Source of the DNA: a virus
Taxonomy: Duplodnaviria; Caudoviricetes
Virus record (IMG/VR): IMGVR_UViG_3300037467_001065
Location: 1-42,694 of that record
Reading direction: 5' to 3' (one strand)
DNA length: 42,694 nucleotides
Every line of letters begins with the position of its first letter. Position 1 is the stretch's first letter. Below the pieces are notes generated by a model. The model had not been told where the DNA came from. It made no database searches and saw nothing but the letters and a program-made list of their open reading frames with translations. Positions 23,832-30,868 of this stretch are shown here, piece after piece. The position numbers and the translations under genes are program-made.

Positions 23832-24098
23832 TCATGCCTCCTGGTCGAACACGTCGTGCGCGTCGTCGAAGCTGGACAGGTAGTGGCGGGTGCAGAGCTT
23901 CCAGCCGTTGAGGGTGTGGCTGTAGCGGCGGCCGCAGCGGGGTGAGAGCACGTCGCACTGCAGCTCGACGGGGACCGTGTCGCAGGGGTCGCGGGGAATG
24001 GGGCGTTCGATGGGTTGCGCGGCGACGATCCGGGCGCGGAACCAGCCGATGAGCGCGATGAGGAGCGCGAGGGCGAAGATGGCGGCGAGGGTGTTCAT
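23832..24098 (-). CDS. membrane-anchored Cys-containing protein
   Basis: From MNTLAAIFALALLIALIGWF (one TM segment), C-terminal C/H cluster. Confidence 0.65.
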   Translation of the reverse strand: MNTLAAIFALALLIALIGWFRARIVAAQPIERPIPRDPCDTVPVELQCDVLSPRCGRRYSHTLNGWKLCTRHYLSSFDDAHDVFDQEA

Positions 24099-24421
24099 GC
24101 GACACCGCCGCGGAGTGTCTGCAGGATGGTCCACGCCTGGTCGCGTGTCCGCATCTGGCTGCAGCCGGTGCAGATGACGCCGCCGGGTCCGCCGGCTTCG
24201 TTCCAGCAGGGCTGGCAGATGAGGATGGTCCGCTGGGGGTGGCCGCAGGGGCAGGGGTGTGCGTTGACGACGTATTCGGCGGGTCGTGTGCACTGTGTCT
24301 CGGAGACGACGGTGTTCGTGAACCGGATCATGACGACGTTGCGGGCTTCGCAGCAGGGGTCGAAGTCGAGGTGCTCGATCGTTGTCGTGTCGATGTCGGG
24401 CCGGGTCGGGGTGGCGTTCAT
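24095..24421 (-). CDS. Cys-rich hypothetical protein
   Basis: 108 aa from MNATPTR; CC, CPC, CQPC, CTGC. Confidence 0.65.
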   Translation of the reverse strand: MNATPTRPDIDTTTIEHLDFDPCCEARNVVMIRFTNTVVSETQCTRPAEYVVNAHPCPCGHPQRTILICQPCWNEAGGPGGVICTGCSQMRTRDQAWTILQTLRGGVA

Positions 24422-24555
24422 CGCGTGCACCTGCTCTCGGTGGTGTCGTGTCGGTCTGCGCGCCAGGCGCCGTAGACGACGTGTGCTGCGGGGTGCTGGG
24501 GGTGGTAGGTGCGGACGCATCCGCGGTGGGCGCAGGGCCCGTGCTGCTGGGTCAT
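24418..24555 (-). CDS. small hypothetical protein
   Basis: 45 aa from MTQQHGPC; ATGA overlaps at both ends. Confidence 0.55.
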   Translation of the reverse strand: MTQQHGPCAHRGCVRTYHPQHPAAHVVYGAWRADRHDTTESRCTR

Positions 24556-24851
24556 CGGCCGGCCTCGATCTCGTCGGCGCGGTCGCGGAGGGCGGTGCTG
24601 GCTTCGGCGCGGAAGTCGAACACGCCGCACGGGCACTCATCGTCAGGGTGCCGACACGGGGCGCGGTGCATTCCAACAGCGCCAAGCAGCACGGCGGCTT
24701 CGCGGAGTGCGCGGGCGGCGATGGCCGGGGCGACCGCATCGAGGAGTCGCTTGGCGCCCATGTGCGAGCCACTGCCCTGCACGCCGTCGCGATTCTCCCA
24801 AGCGAACTCATGGACAGCTTCGATCTCGGCGTCGGTGTAGTGCTGGGTCAT
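24552..24851 (-). CDS. hypothetical protein
   Basis: 99 aa from MTQHYTDAEI; 'AARALREAA...LRDRADEIE'. Confidence 0.65.
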   Translation of the reverse strand: MTQHYTDAEIEAVHEFAWENRDGVQGSGSHMGAKRLLDAVAPAIAARALREAAVLLGAVGMHRAPCRHPDDECPCGVFDFRAEASTALRDRADEIEAGR

Positions 24852-25123
24852 CGGTCCCACCTCGCGTCTGCGGCCCAGTCGTGGGCGAACGAGTCGTCGG
24901 GGTCGTCGGCGCGCAGCAGCGCGTCGCACTCGTCCTCCGAGGCGCAGACGGGGTCGTGCACGCAGTACACGAGCCACTCGGGCAGGTCCGACCAGTGCGG
25001 CCCTTCTGCTGGCGGGATGATCCGCATGGATCCGAGAGGATTCGGACGGGCGCACCGGCACTCGTCGGCGAGCTCACCGCAGCCGCCCGGGCAGGGGAAG
25101 TGGTGACGATGCTTGAGGGTCAT
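24848..25123 (-). CDS. Cys-rich hypothetical protein
   Basis: 91 aa from MTLKHRHHFPC; ATGA overlaps. Confidence 0.6.
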   Translation of the reverse strand: MTLKHRHHFPCPGGCGELADECRCARPNPLGSMRIIPPAEGPHWSDLPEWLVYCVHDPVCASEDECDALLRADDPDDSFAHDWAADARWDR

Positions 25124-25317
25124 CGGGCACCGCCCGTCGGCCAGTTGGTGCGCAGGACGTCGACGACCGCGATCGCGGCACACGCGGCCGCAGCGGCGAC
25201 GATCGCGCCAGCCGCAGCGCACGTGAGCAGGTAGGCGCGGACAGCGATGCCGGTCGTGCGAGGTGATGGCGGGTTCTGCACCGACCAGCCGGCGGGCCCG
25301 ACGACGGCGCGGCTCAT
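25120..25317 (-). CDS. small membrane protein
   Basis: 65 aa from MSRAVVG; one hydrophobic segment. Confidence 0.55.
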   Translation of the reverse strand: MSRAVVGPAGWSVQNPPSPRTTGIAVRAYLLTCAAAGAIVAAAAACAAIAVVDVLRTNWPTGGAR

Positions 25318-25646
25318 GACGACGCACCGCCGTGGGTGCACGCGGCGCCGCAGGAGCACAGCGAACGGGTGCGGCCGGTGAAGGCGGTGACCTTCACGCC
25401 GTCGAGGTCGCCGCGCCGCGTGTAGTTCATGCCGGAGCCGTTGTCGGGCTCCAGCGCCAGGTCGACGGCGAGCCGGTCGACGATGTCCTCGGCCTCACCC
25501 GGGGCGCGGCCCCAGCTGCTGATCTGCACGTTCACGCCGGTGCTGTCGAACCCGAACGCGACCGGGTCGATGCCGTGCGAGTCGAGCACGCGGGCCACGG
25601 CAGCCAGGTCGGAGACCATGTCCGCAGCGGTGCGAGTAGTGGTCAT
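25314..25646 (-). CDS. hypothetical protein
   Basis: 110 aa from MTTTRTA; GAAGGA RBS; C-terminal CSCG.AC.H. Confidence 0.7.
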   Translation of the reverse strand: MTTTRTAADMVSDLAAVARVLDSHGIDPVAFGFDSTGVNVQISSWGRAPGEAEDIVDRLAVDLALEPDNGSGMNYTRRGDLDGVKVTAFTGRTRSLCSCGAACTHGGASS

Positions 25647-25772
25647 CGGTATGATTCCTTCCAGTGGTGCCGGGCCGCGTGTGGAGCGCATAGGCCCGGC
25701 GCTGTCTTTTCTCGAACGGGGGGTGGCACCGCCCGCCGCGGGCAAGGGGGAACCTCGCGGCGGGCGGGCCGA

Positions 25773-26009
25773 TCAGGCGGCCCGGCGCCGGCGGCGGCGA
25801 GCCGAGGGCCGCACGGTGTTCGCCATCGACTCGACGAGCGCGTCGACGTCCTCCTGGACGAACAGCCAGCGGCGGCCGACCTTCGAACCGCGCAGACGCG
25901 GCGGGTCGGCGGATGCCCAGAGGGCGACGGTGGCCGGCTTGACGTGCAGCTGCTGCGCGACGTCGTCGACGGTCAGGGTCTTGGCGGGGCTCTTGGCAGG
26001 GGCGGTCAT
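25773..26009 (-). CDS. excisionase-like HTH_17 protein
   Basis: 78 aa from MTAPAKS; 'LTVDDVAQQLHVKPATV..W...LRGSKVGRRWLF..EDV'. Confidence 0.8.
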   Translation of the reverse strand: MTAPAKSPAKTLTVDDVAQQLHVKPATVALWASADPPRLRGSKVGRRWLFVQEDVDALVESMANTVRPSARRRRRRAA

Positions 26010-26230
26010 CAGATGCTCCTGGTGCGTGCGTGCATGTGGTTCGCGATGGCGCGTTCGAGGGCGTGTGCCGCGCCGTTGCCGAGCCGGCGGCGTCCGTTCT
26101 CGTAACGTGAGAGCGAGGTCTTCGACAGGCCGGTCATTTCGGCCAGCTCGTCGAGGGTCAGACCGAGTCCTTCGCGCATCGCTCGGAGCATCGCGCCGGT
26201 GAGCGCTTGCGTCGTGGTTGGTTCGGCCAT
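26009..26230 (-). CDS. Cro-like XRE HTH protein
   Basis: 73 aa 'LRAMREGLGLTLDELAEMTGLSKTSLSRYENG'; divergent from repressor. Confidence 0.88.
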   Translation of the reverse strand: MAEPTTTQALTGAMLRAMREGLGLTLDELAEMTGLSKTSLSRYENGRRRLGNGAAHALERAIANHMHARTRSI

Positions 26231-26330
26231 GCGTCAAAGTTAATCCGCGAACCATCCTTGACGCAAGGGTTGACGCAAGAAAATCTCAAAACATCTGTAT
26301 CAACCATGACGCATCCGCGTTCCCTATACT
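26229..26330. promoter_or_regulatory. genetic switch: divergent promoters with WTGACGCAW operators
   Basis: ATGCGTCAA 26229-37, TTGACGCAA 26258-66 and 26270-78, ATGACGCAT 26306-14; AT-rich; TATACT at 26325-30; minus strand TTGCGT-18-TAACTT just before the cro ATG. Confidence 0.75.
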
Positions 26331-26383
26331 GAGTCACAGTTGCGCCGCTGACAGGGGGCGGCGCACAACAGAAGGGTCGAAGC

Positions 26384-26728
26384 ATGGATGAGCAGCGACG
26401 TCAAGCAGAGGGGGCCCGCGTTCGGGAGGAGCGGGAGGCCCGCGGCTGGAACCAGCGCACGCTGGCGGCAGAGGCAGGCGTGGCACCGAACACCGTCGGG
26501 GCGATCGAACGTGGGGAGTCAGTGCAGGCAGGGAAGCTCGCGGCCGTCCGCGAGGCGCTCGGCATGCAGACCATCGCCTCCGTCGCCGAAGAACAGGACG
26601 TCTACCCGGACGATGTCCGGATCGTCATGGATGCGATCGGGCTGTGGCTGCTGGGCGCACCGAAGGATAAGCGGGCGCATCTGGTGAAACGCATCTTCGC
26701 CGCAATTGTCAACTCAAACGGTGACTAG
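26384..26728 (+). CDS. immunity repressor (XRE HTH)
   Basis: 114 aa 'VREEREARGWNQRTLAAEAGVAPNTVGAIERG'; divergent from cro, next to integrase. Confidence 0.85.
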   Translation: MDEQRRQAEGARVREEREARGWNQRTLAAEAGVAPNTVGAIERGESVQAGKLAAVREALGMQTIASVAEEQDVYPDDVRIVMDAIGLWLLGAPKDKRAHLVKRIFAAIVNSNGD

Positions 26729-26867
26729 TCATCGCATGGTCACTTTGCGTCATTCCTGCGTTGAACTATGGGCCACTGTCGGCATCTAGTCGTATGGTCC
26801 GTGTTGTCCCCACCTTCAACAGCGCAGGGTGTGGGGCGCAGGGACTCTCAGGGCAGGGGTAACGGCA

Positions 26868-27044
26868 GTGCAACTCGGGTGTGAAGTCATTTGGTCGCAG
26901 GCGCAAGGCGAACGAGCGCAGCAGCTCATCGAAGAGGCGACCGGGTTGCCCTGTCCGTGCAAGCGCGGCCTGACGTGCCCGCTGATGGCGGGCGCAGTCA
27001 TCGCCCGGGAGGCGGCAGAGCGGCAGGCGAAGCCGGCGGCATGA
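26868..27044 (+). CDS. small Cys-containing protein downstream of repressor
   Basis: 58 aa from GTG 26868 (VQLGCEVIW...CPCKRGLTCPL); GGGG RBS; overlaps the integrase 3' end convergently. Confidence 0.45.
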   Translation: MQLGCEVIWSQAQGERAQQLIEEATGLPCPCKRGLTCPLMAGAVIAREAAERQAKPAA

Positions 27045-28200
27045 CGACGGCGTCCATGGCGCGCGTCGCGGCCTCGGCCAGCGCGTTGCGCATCGCCGGC
27101 TGCAGGTGCCCGTAGACCTTCCTGGTCGTGAGGATCGACTCGTGTCCGAGCTGGTCCTGCACCATCTCGAGGGACGCGCCCTGCTCGATCAGCCAGGACG
27201 CGTGGGTGTGTCGGGCGTCGTGGATGCGGGGCCCGTCGAAGGTCCACTTCACCCGGGAACGCGGCGCAGGTTTCGGCGTGGCCAGGCCGGCGGCGATGCA
27301 GGCCGGCACCCACACCCGGTCACGCCACGACCCGTGGTAGACCGGCGCGCCGCGGGCCCCGACGAACAGCAGCTCGTCGCCGGGCCGGTCGAGCAGCGGC
27401 TCGAGCGCCTCGACGACCTGCCGAGCGAGCATGACGGTACGCCGCGACTTCTTCGACTTCGGCTCGCCGATCTGCCGCGGCTGCCCAGGCGTCGACTTCC
27501 ACGCCTTGACGACGCGCAGGGTCGGCGGGCTGCCGAGAGTGACGTCGCGGACCTGTAGCGCGGTCGCCTCGGACCAGCGCAGCCCGGTGCCGAACAGCAG
27601 CACGACGAGCGGCCGGTGCGCTTCGGGGACGGCGGCGATGAGCCGGCCGTACTCCTCGTGGGTCAGGAACCGTTCGTCGCGGCGTTCGTGCTCGCCCGAT
27701 CTGGGCAGCCGCATCCGGTGGCAGGGGTTCGTGGGGATGAGGTCGGCCATGACCGCGGATCCCATGACGGCGGACAGCAGCCCGTGCGCGTTGGCGATGC
27801 TCTTGGCGGCGAGGCCCTGCGCCTCGAGCTTGTTGATGGTTTTGGCGACGGCGGATCGGTCGATGGCGTCGAGAGGCAGGTCGCCGAGGATCGGCAGGAA
27901 CGTGCGTTTGGCCATGGCGGCGTAGTCGAGGCGGGTGCGGTCGGTGACGCCGGTCAGCTGCTCGATGTACTGGGGGAGCCATTCGCGGAGGCTGGGGACG
28001 TATTCGGTTGAGGCGGTGTCGCGGCGGGCGCGCATGGCGATTGCGGCGGGGCCGCCTTCGGCTTTGACGAGGAGGGCGAACCGTTCGGCTTCGCGTTTGG
28101 TGTTGAACGTCTCGGTGGTTTGGCGTTTGAGTGCGTCGCGGACGCGGACGCGGTAGGTGGTGGTGCCGTCCTTCGCGCGGTAGGTGATGACCTTAGGCAC
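26998..28200 (-). CDS. int: tyrosine integrase
   Basis: 400 aa from GTG 28200 (VPKVITY); 'TGLRWSE', 'PKSKKSRR', 'HDARH', 'LGH', 'KVY' catalytic residues. Confidence 0.95.
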   Translation of the reverse strand: MPKVITYRAKDGTTTYRVRVRDALKRQTTETFNTKREAERFALLVKAEGGPAAIAMRARRDTASTEYVPSLREWLPQYIEQLTGVTDRTRLDYAAMAKRTFLPILGDLPLDAIDRSAVAKTINKLEAQGLAAKSIANAHGLLSAVMGSAVMADLIPTNPCHRMRLPRSGEHERRDERFLTHEEYGRLIAAVPEAHRPLVVLLFGTGLRWSEATALQVRDVTLGSPPTLRVVKAWKSTPGQPRQIGEPKSKKSRRTVMLARQVVEALEPLLDRPGDELLFVGARGAPVYHGSWRDRVWVPACIAAGLATPKPAPRSRVKWTFDGPRIHDARHTHASWLIEQGASLEMVQDQLGHESILTTRKVYGHLQPAMRNALAEAATRAMDAVVMPPASPAALPPPGR

Positions 28201-28456
28201 GCCATTCCTCGCGGTAGTCGGGGTGGTCGGCGTACACGGCGGCGAGCCTGCGAAGCACGAACTCGATGTACGCGTAGCCACCGTCGTGACACCACGGGTC
28301 GTCGTCGAGAGCCTTGACGATTGAGCGGAGCTCGACGAGCTCGAGAAGTCGGCGCTTCGCCTGGTCCTTCCCGGCGCGGCGCATCCCGCCGATGATGTGG
28401 ACGGCGGCGTGCTCGTCCTCGTCGTAGCGGGCGAGGAGGAACTCTGCGAGGGTCAC
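28193..28456 (-). CDS. DUF6221-like protein (short paralogue)
   Basis: 87 aa 'TLAEFLLARYDEDE...LAAVYADHPDYREEW'. Confidence 0.75.
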   Translation of the reverse strand: MTLAEFLLARYDEDEHAAVHIIGGMRRAGKDQAKRRLLELVELRSIVKALDDDPWCHDGGYAYIEFVLRRLAAVYADHPDYREEWRA

Positions 28457-28938
28457 GGCTTCCACTCCTGCCGGTAGTCCGGGTGGTCCGAGTAGACGGC
28501 GGCGAGGACGCGCACGGCGTGCTCGAGCCCGTGCCACTTCTCGGGCGTGGTGCGGGCGGGTGGGTCTGCGGCGACAGCCTTTCCCTCAAGCCAGCGGCTG
28601 TAGTCCTTCCACGCCTTCCGGTTATCGCGCTCCCACGTGGCATGGTCCTGCACGATGCGCCGCTTGGCCTCGCACTCGGCGAGGACGCGGGCCGGGTCGT
28701 GGCGGGAGAAGTGCGCCGCCGTCGTCGGGCTGTCACGGTGCGGCGACCAGTTGCCCATGCCGTCAGCACTGCTCGGCAGCGTGCGCCCGAAGGCCCAGCG
28801 CTCATCTTGGCGATTCCCGCCCATGTCGTAGTTGTGACCCAGCGGTGGCACGGCTCGTGCCGCAGCCTCATCCTCGGCGATGCGGGCGAGGAGGAACTCC
28901 GTGATCGTGCCGGCGGGGGTGGCTGGCGGGTGCGTCAT
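28453..28938 (-). CDS. DUF6221-like protein
   Basis: 161 aa 'EFLLARIAEDE...HDPARVLAECEAKRRIV...LAAVYSDHPDYRQEW'. Confidence 0.8.
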   Translation of the reverse strand: MTHPPATPAGTITEFLLARIAEDEAAARAVPPLGHNYDMGGNRQDERWAFGRTLPSSADGMGNWSPHRDSPTTAAHFSRHDPARVLAECEAKRRIVQDHATWERDNRKAWKDYSRWLEGKAVAADPPARTTPEKWHGLEHAVRVLAAVYSDHPDYRQEWKP

Positions 28939-28982
28939 GCGGCCCAGTCTACGTGCCCATGTGCAAATCCTGTGTGTTTACA

Positions 28983-29024
28983 AAACGCCGCAGGTCGGGA
29001 ATCATGCCCTGACCTGCGGCGTTT
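28983..29024 (-). terminator. intrinsic terminator downstream of the attP tRNA fragment
   Basis: AAACGCCGCAGGTC / GACCTGCGGCGTTT perfect 14-bp inverted repeat, ending in TTTTGT on the minus strand. Confidence 0.7.
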
Positions 29025-29028
29025 CAGA

Positions 29029-29054
29029 GGGTGAGTGACGGGACTTGAACCCGT
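29029..29054 (-). mobile_element. attP core: 3' end of tRNA-His
   Basis: Minus strand ACGGG-TTCAAGT-CCCGT-CACTCAC-C-C = T-arm, acceptor 3' strand and C73 discriminator, matching the actinobacterial tRNA-His(GTG) 3' end as recalled. Confidence 0.8.
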
Positions 29055-29255
29055 GTCTGTAGTACGCTGAGTGAGCACGGATTTGACGTTTTCGCAGGTC
29101 AGCAGCCATTTTCGACCCGCATACGTCTCCGAACACTTGTACACTTCTGGAAACGTCTGTGTAAATGTGCACACGGATGTTGTATCAACAGGGGAGCCGG
29201 GACGCTCTGTCAGGCGTCAGACACCCGAACGTCGCACACAACAGAGGAGCCCGCA

Positions 29256-29633
29256 ATGATCCGCAACACCATCCGCAGCCTCGCAGCAGTGGCCGCAGCC
29301 GGCGCCCTGGTCGCCGTCGCGAGCCCGGCCGACGCCCGCCCCTTCGGCACCGGCTGCTCGTACAAGGTGCAGACCGGCGTGTGTCTGCACGTCCCGTCAG
29401 GCAGCCGCCCCGGGCCCAGCCCGTCGAGGACGACCCCGGGCACGGTGTGCGCCTACCCGTCCTCGTGGCGGGCCGAGATCTGCGCGAACGGGCCGGTCTA
29501 CACGGTCAGGCAGGAGCGGAGCCTCGCGGTGCAGTGGGTCAGGTCGCAGCACGGCACGGTGCACGTCGACATCAGGGGCGGGCTGGTCTGGCGGTACCTC
29601 GCCGCGACCGGAGTCCTCGCCGGCGTCCGATGA
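29256..29633 (+). CDS. secreted protein (signal peptide), probable lysogen-expressed moron
   Basis: 125 aa; MIRNTIRSLAAVAAAGALVAVASPADA signal peptide with AxA site; four Cys; AGAGGAG RBS. Confidence 0.7.
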   Translation: MIRNTIRSLAAVAAAGALVAVASPADARPFGTGCSYKVQTGVCLHVPSGSRPGPSPSRTTPGTVCAYPSSWRAEICANGPVYTVRQERSLAVQWVRSQHGTVHVDIRGGLVWRYLAATGVLAGVR

Positions 29634-29872
29634 GCCGGCTGAACGAGGCGGCCCGCGCCGAGCTGCGCAACGCGGGTGTCGCCCAGCGCGCGTGGGCGCG
29701 GCATCACTTCGCTGACGGGCGGTGGCACGGCGACCGGTGCGGGTGCCCGGACGACCGGTGCATCGGTCATCACCATGACGCAGGGTCGGACTGCGGGTGT
29801 CTGCGCGTCCTGCTCGAGGAGCTCATGGTCGTCGAGCCGCGGCGGCTGCGGCCGATGCCGGACGGGATCTGA
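29630..29872 (+). CDS. small Cys/His-rich protein
   Basis: 80 aa from MSRLNEAA; 'WHGDRCGCPDDRCIGHHHD...CGC'; ATGA overlap. Confidence 0.65.
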   Translation: MSRLNEAARAELRNAGVAQRAWARHHFADGRWHGDRCGCPDDRCIGHHHDAGSDCGCLRVLLEELMVVEPRRLRPMPDGI

Positions 29873-29889
29873 TTCCAGGCATGACGAAA

Positions 29890-29932
29890 GCGCCCCTCTT
29901 CCTCTCGGAGCCCGTGAGAGGAAGAGGGGCGC
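29890..29932. terminator. bidirectional terminator between convergent units
   Basis: GCGCCCCTCTTCCTCTC / GAGAGGAAGAGGGGCGC perfect 17-bp stem. Confidence 0.8.
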
Positions 29933-29945
29933 AGCCTTTGGGGGG

Positions 29946-30293
29946 TCAGGCGATGACGCCGGCGAGCCAGCACGCCAGCCCGACAGCGACCAGCACGGCC
30001 GTCAGCAGGGCGAGCTCGCGCAGGCCCGGCCACACGAACATGAAATGCGCGATCGCCCACAGCATCAGCCCGTTCACGACGCCGGAGATGAGCCACCAGC
30101 GCAGCGACCACCGGTCGCCGTACGCCCACCACACGACGTGCGACAGCGGCCCGCCGTCCACGTCGCGCAGGATCGCCCACACCTCGTAGCCGACGAGCGG
30201 CACGAGCAGCAGCCACGGCAGCGAGTACCGGGTGACCCGTCCCGGCCGCTGCTTCGCCAGCGGGTCAGGCGCCGACTGTGTCGCCACCGCCAT
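29946..30293 (-). CDS. membrane protein (about 3 TM), end of late operon
   Basis: 115 aa, Trp-rich hydrophobic segments. Confidence 0.7.
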   Translation of the reverse strand: MAVATQSAPDPLAKQRPGRVTRYSLPWLLLVPLVGYEVWAILRDVDGGPLSHVVWWAYGDRWSLRWWLISGVVNGLMLWAIAHFMFVWPGLRELALLTAVLVAVGLACWLAGVIA

Positions 30294-30540
30294 GCCCCTG
30301 CTCGTCGGTGGGCTTGCGGTACGAGATCCCGTCCCAGTAGCCGCCCGCGGGGCGGTAGCCGGGCGCGGGCGTGTAGTACACGCCGAGCGCGGTCGTGACG
30401 AGGATGGCCTTGGTCAGCCACGACGGGGCGCCGTCGACGACGAGGGATGCGAGCCCGAGCACGGTGCCCAGCGCGGCCACGATGCCCTTCGCGCGGGGCT
30501 GCCACGACGCGGGCAGCACGGAGACGAGACGGTCGAGCAT
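30265..30540 (-). CDS. holin-like membrane protein
   Basis: 91 aa; 'AKGIVAALG...TALGVY..P' two-TM actinophage holin pattern; AGGAG RBS. Confidence 0.65.
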   Translation of the reverse strand: MLDRLVSVLPASWQPRAKGIVAALGTVLGLASLVVDGAPSWLTKAILVTTALGVYYTPAPGYRPAGGYWDGISYRKPTDEQGHGGGDTVGA

Positions 30541-30553
30541 GAGCGTTCTCCTG

Positions 30554-30868
30554 TCAGATGGTGCGAAGGGTGAGGTTCGATGCCATGACTGGCTGCGAGG
30601 TGAAGTCGTCGACGACGTCCACCCACACGTAGTAGTTCCCGGCCGGGGCCCGCTCCTCGTTGACGAGCAGCCCGAGCACCGCCTTCCCGGGCGACGGGTA
30701 CGACGCCGACTGCGGCGAGTACCACGTCGCCGGCGGCGTGTTGTAGCTCGTCGAGACGCCGAGCCGGATCTGCACGACCGACAGGTCGGTGCCGTTGGCC
30801 TCCGTGAGGGTGACCGTCGCGAAATCGCTCCGGCCGCCCGTCACGTAGATCGTCCGCGCGCTGCTCAT
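30554..30868 (-). CDS. small beta-rich virion protein (BppU-N/Ig-like)
   Basis: 104 aa from MSSARTIY; 'GTDLS', 'PAGNYYVWV.V.D'. Confidence 0.6.
   Translation of the reverse strand: MSSARTIYVTGGRSDFATVTLTEANGTDLSVVQIRLGVSTSYNTPPATWYSPQSASYPSPGKAVLGLLVNEERAPAGNYYVWVDVVDDFTSQPVMASNLTLRTI

Noticed and set aside
28202-28505. Near-identical 45-bp segments as DGR template/variable repeats
   Set aside because: They are the conserved C-termini of two paralogues, differences are not adenine-specific, and no reverse transcriptase is present
29029-29075. Full tRNA gene or tmRNA-type attP
   Set aside because: Only the T-arm and 3' acceptor strand are present; the CACTCAC-C end fits tRNA-His, not the tmRNA CTCCACCA end
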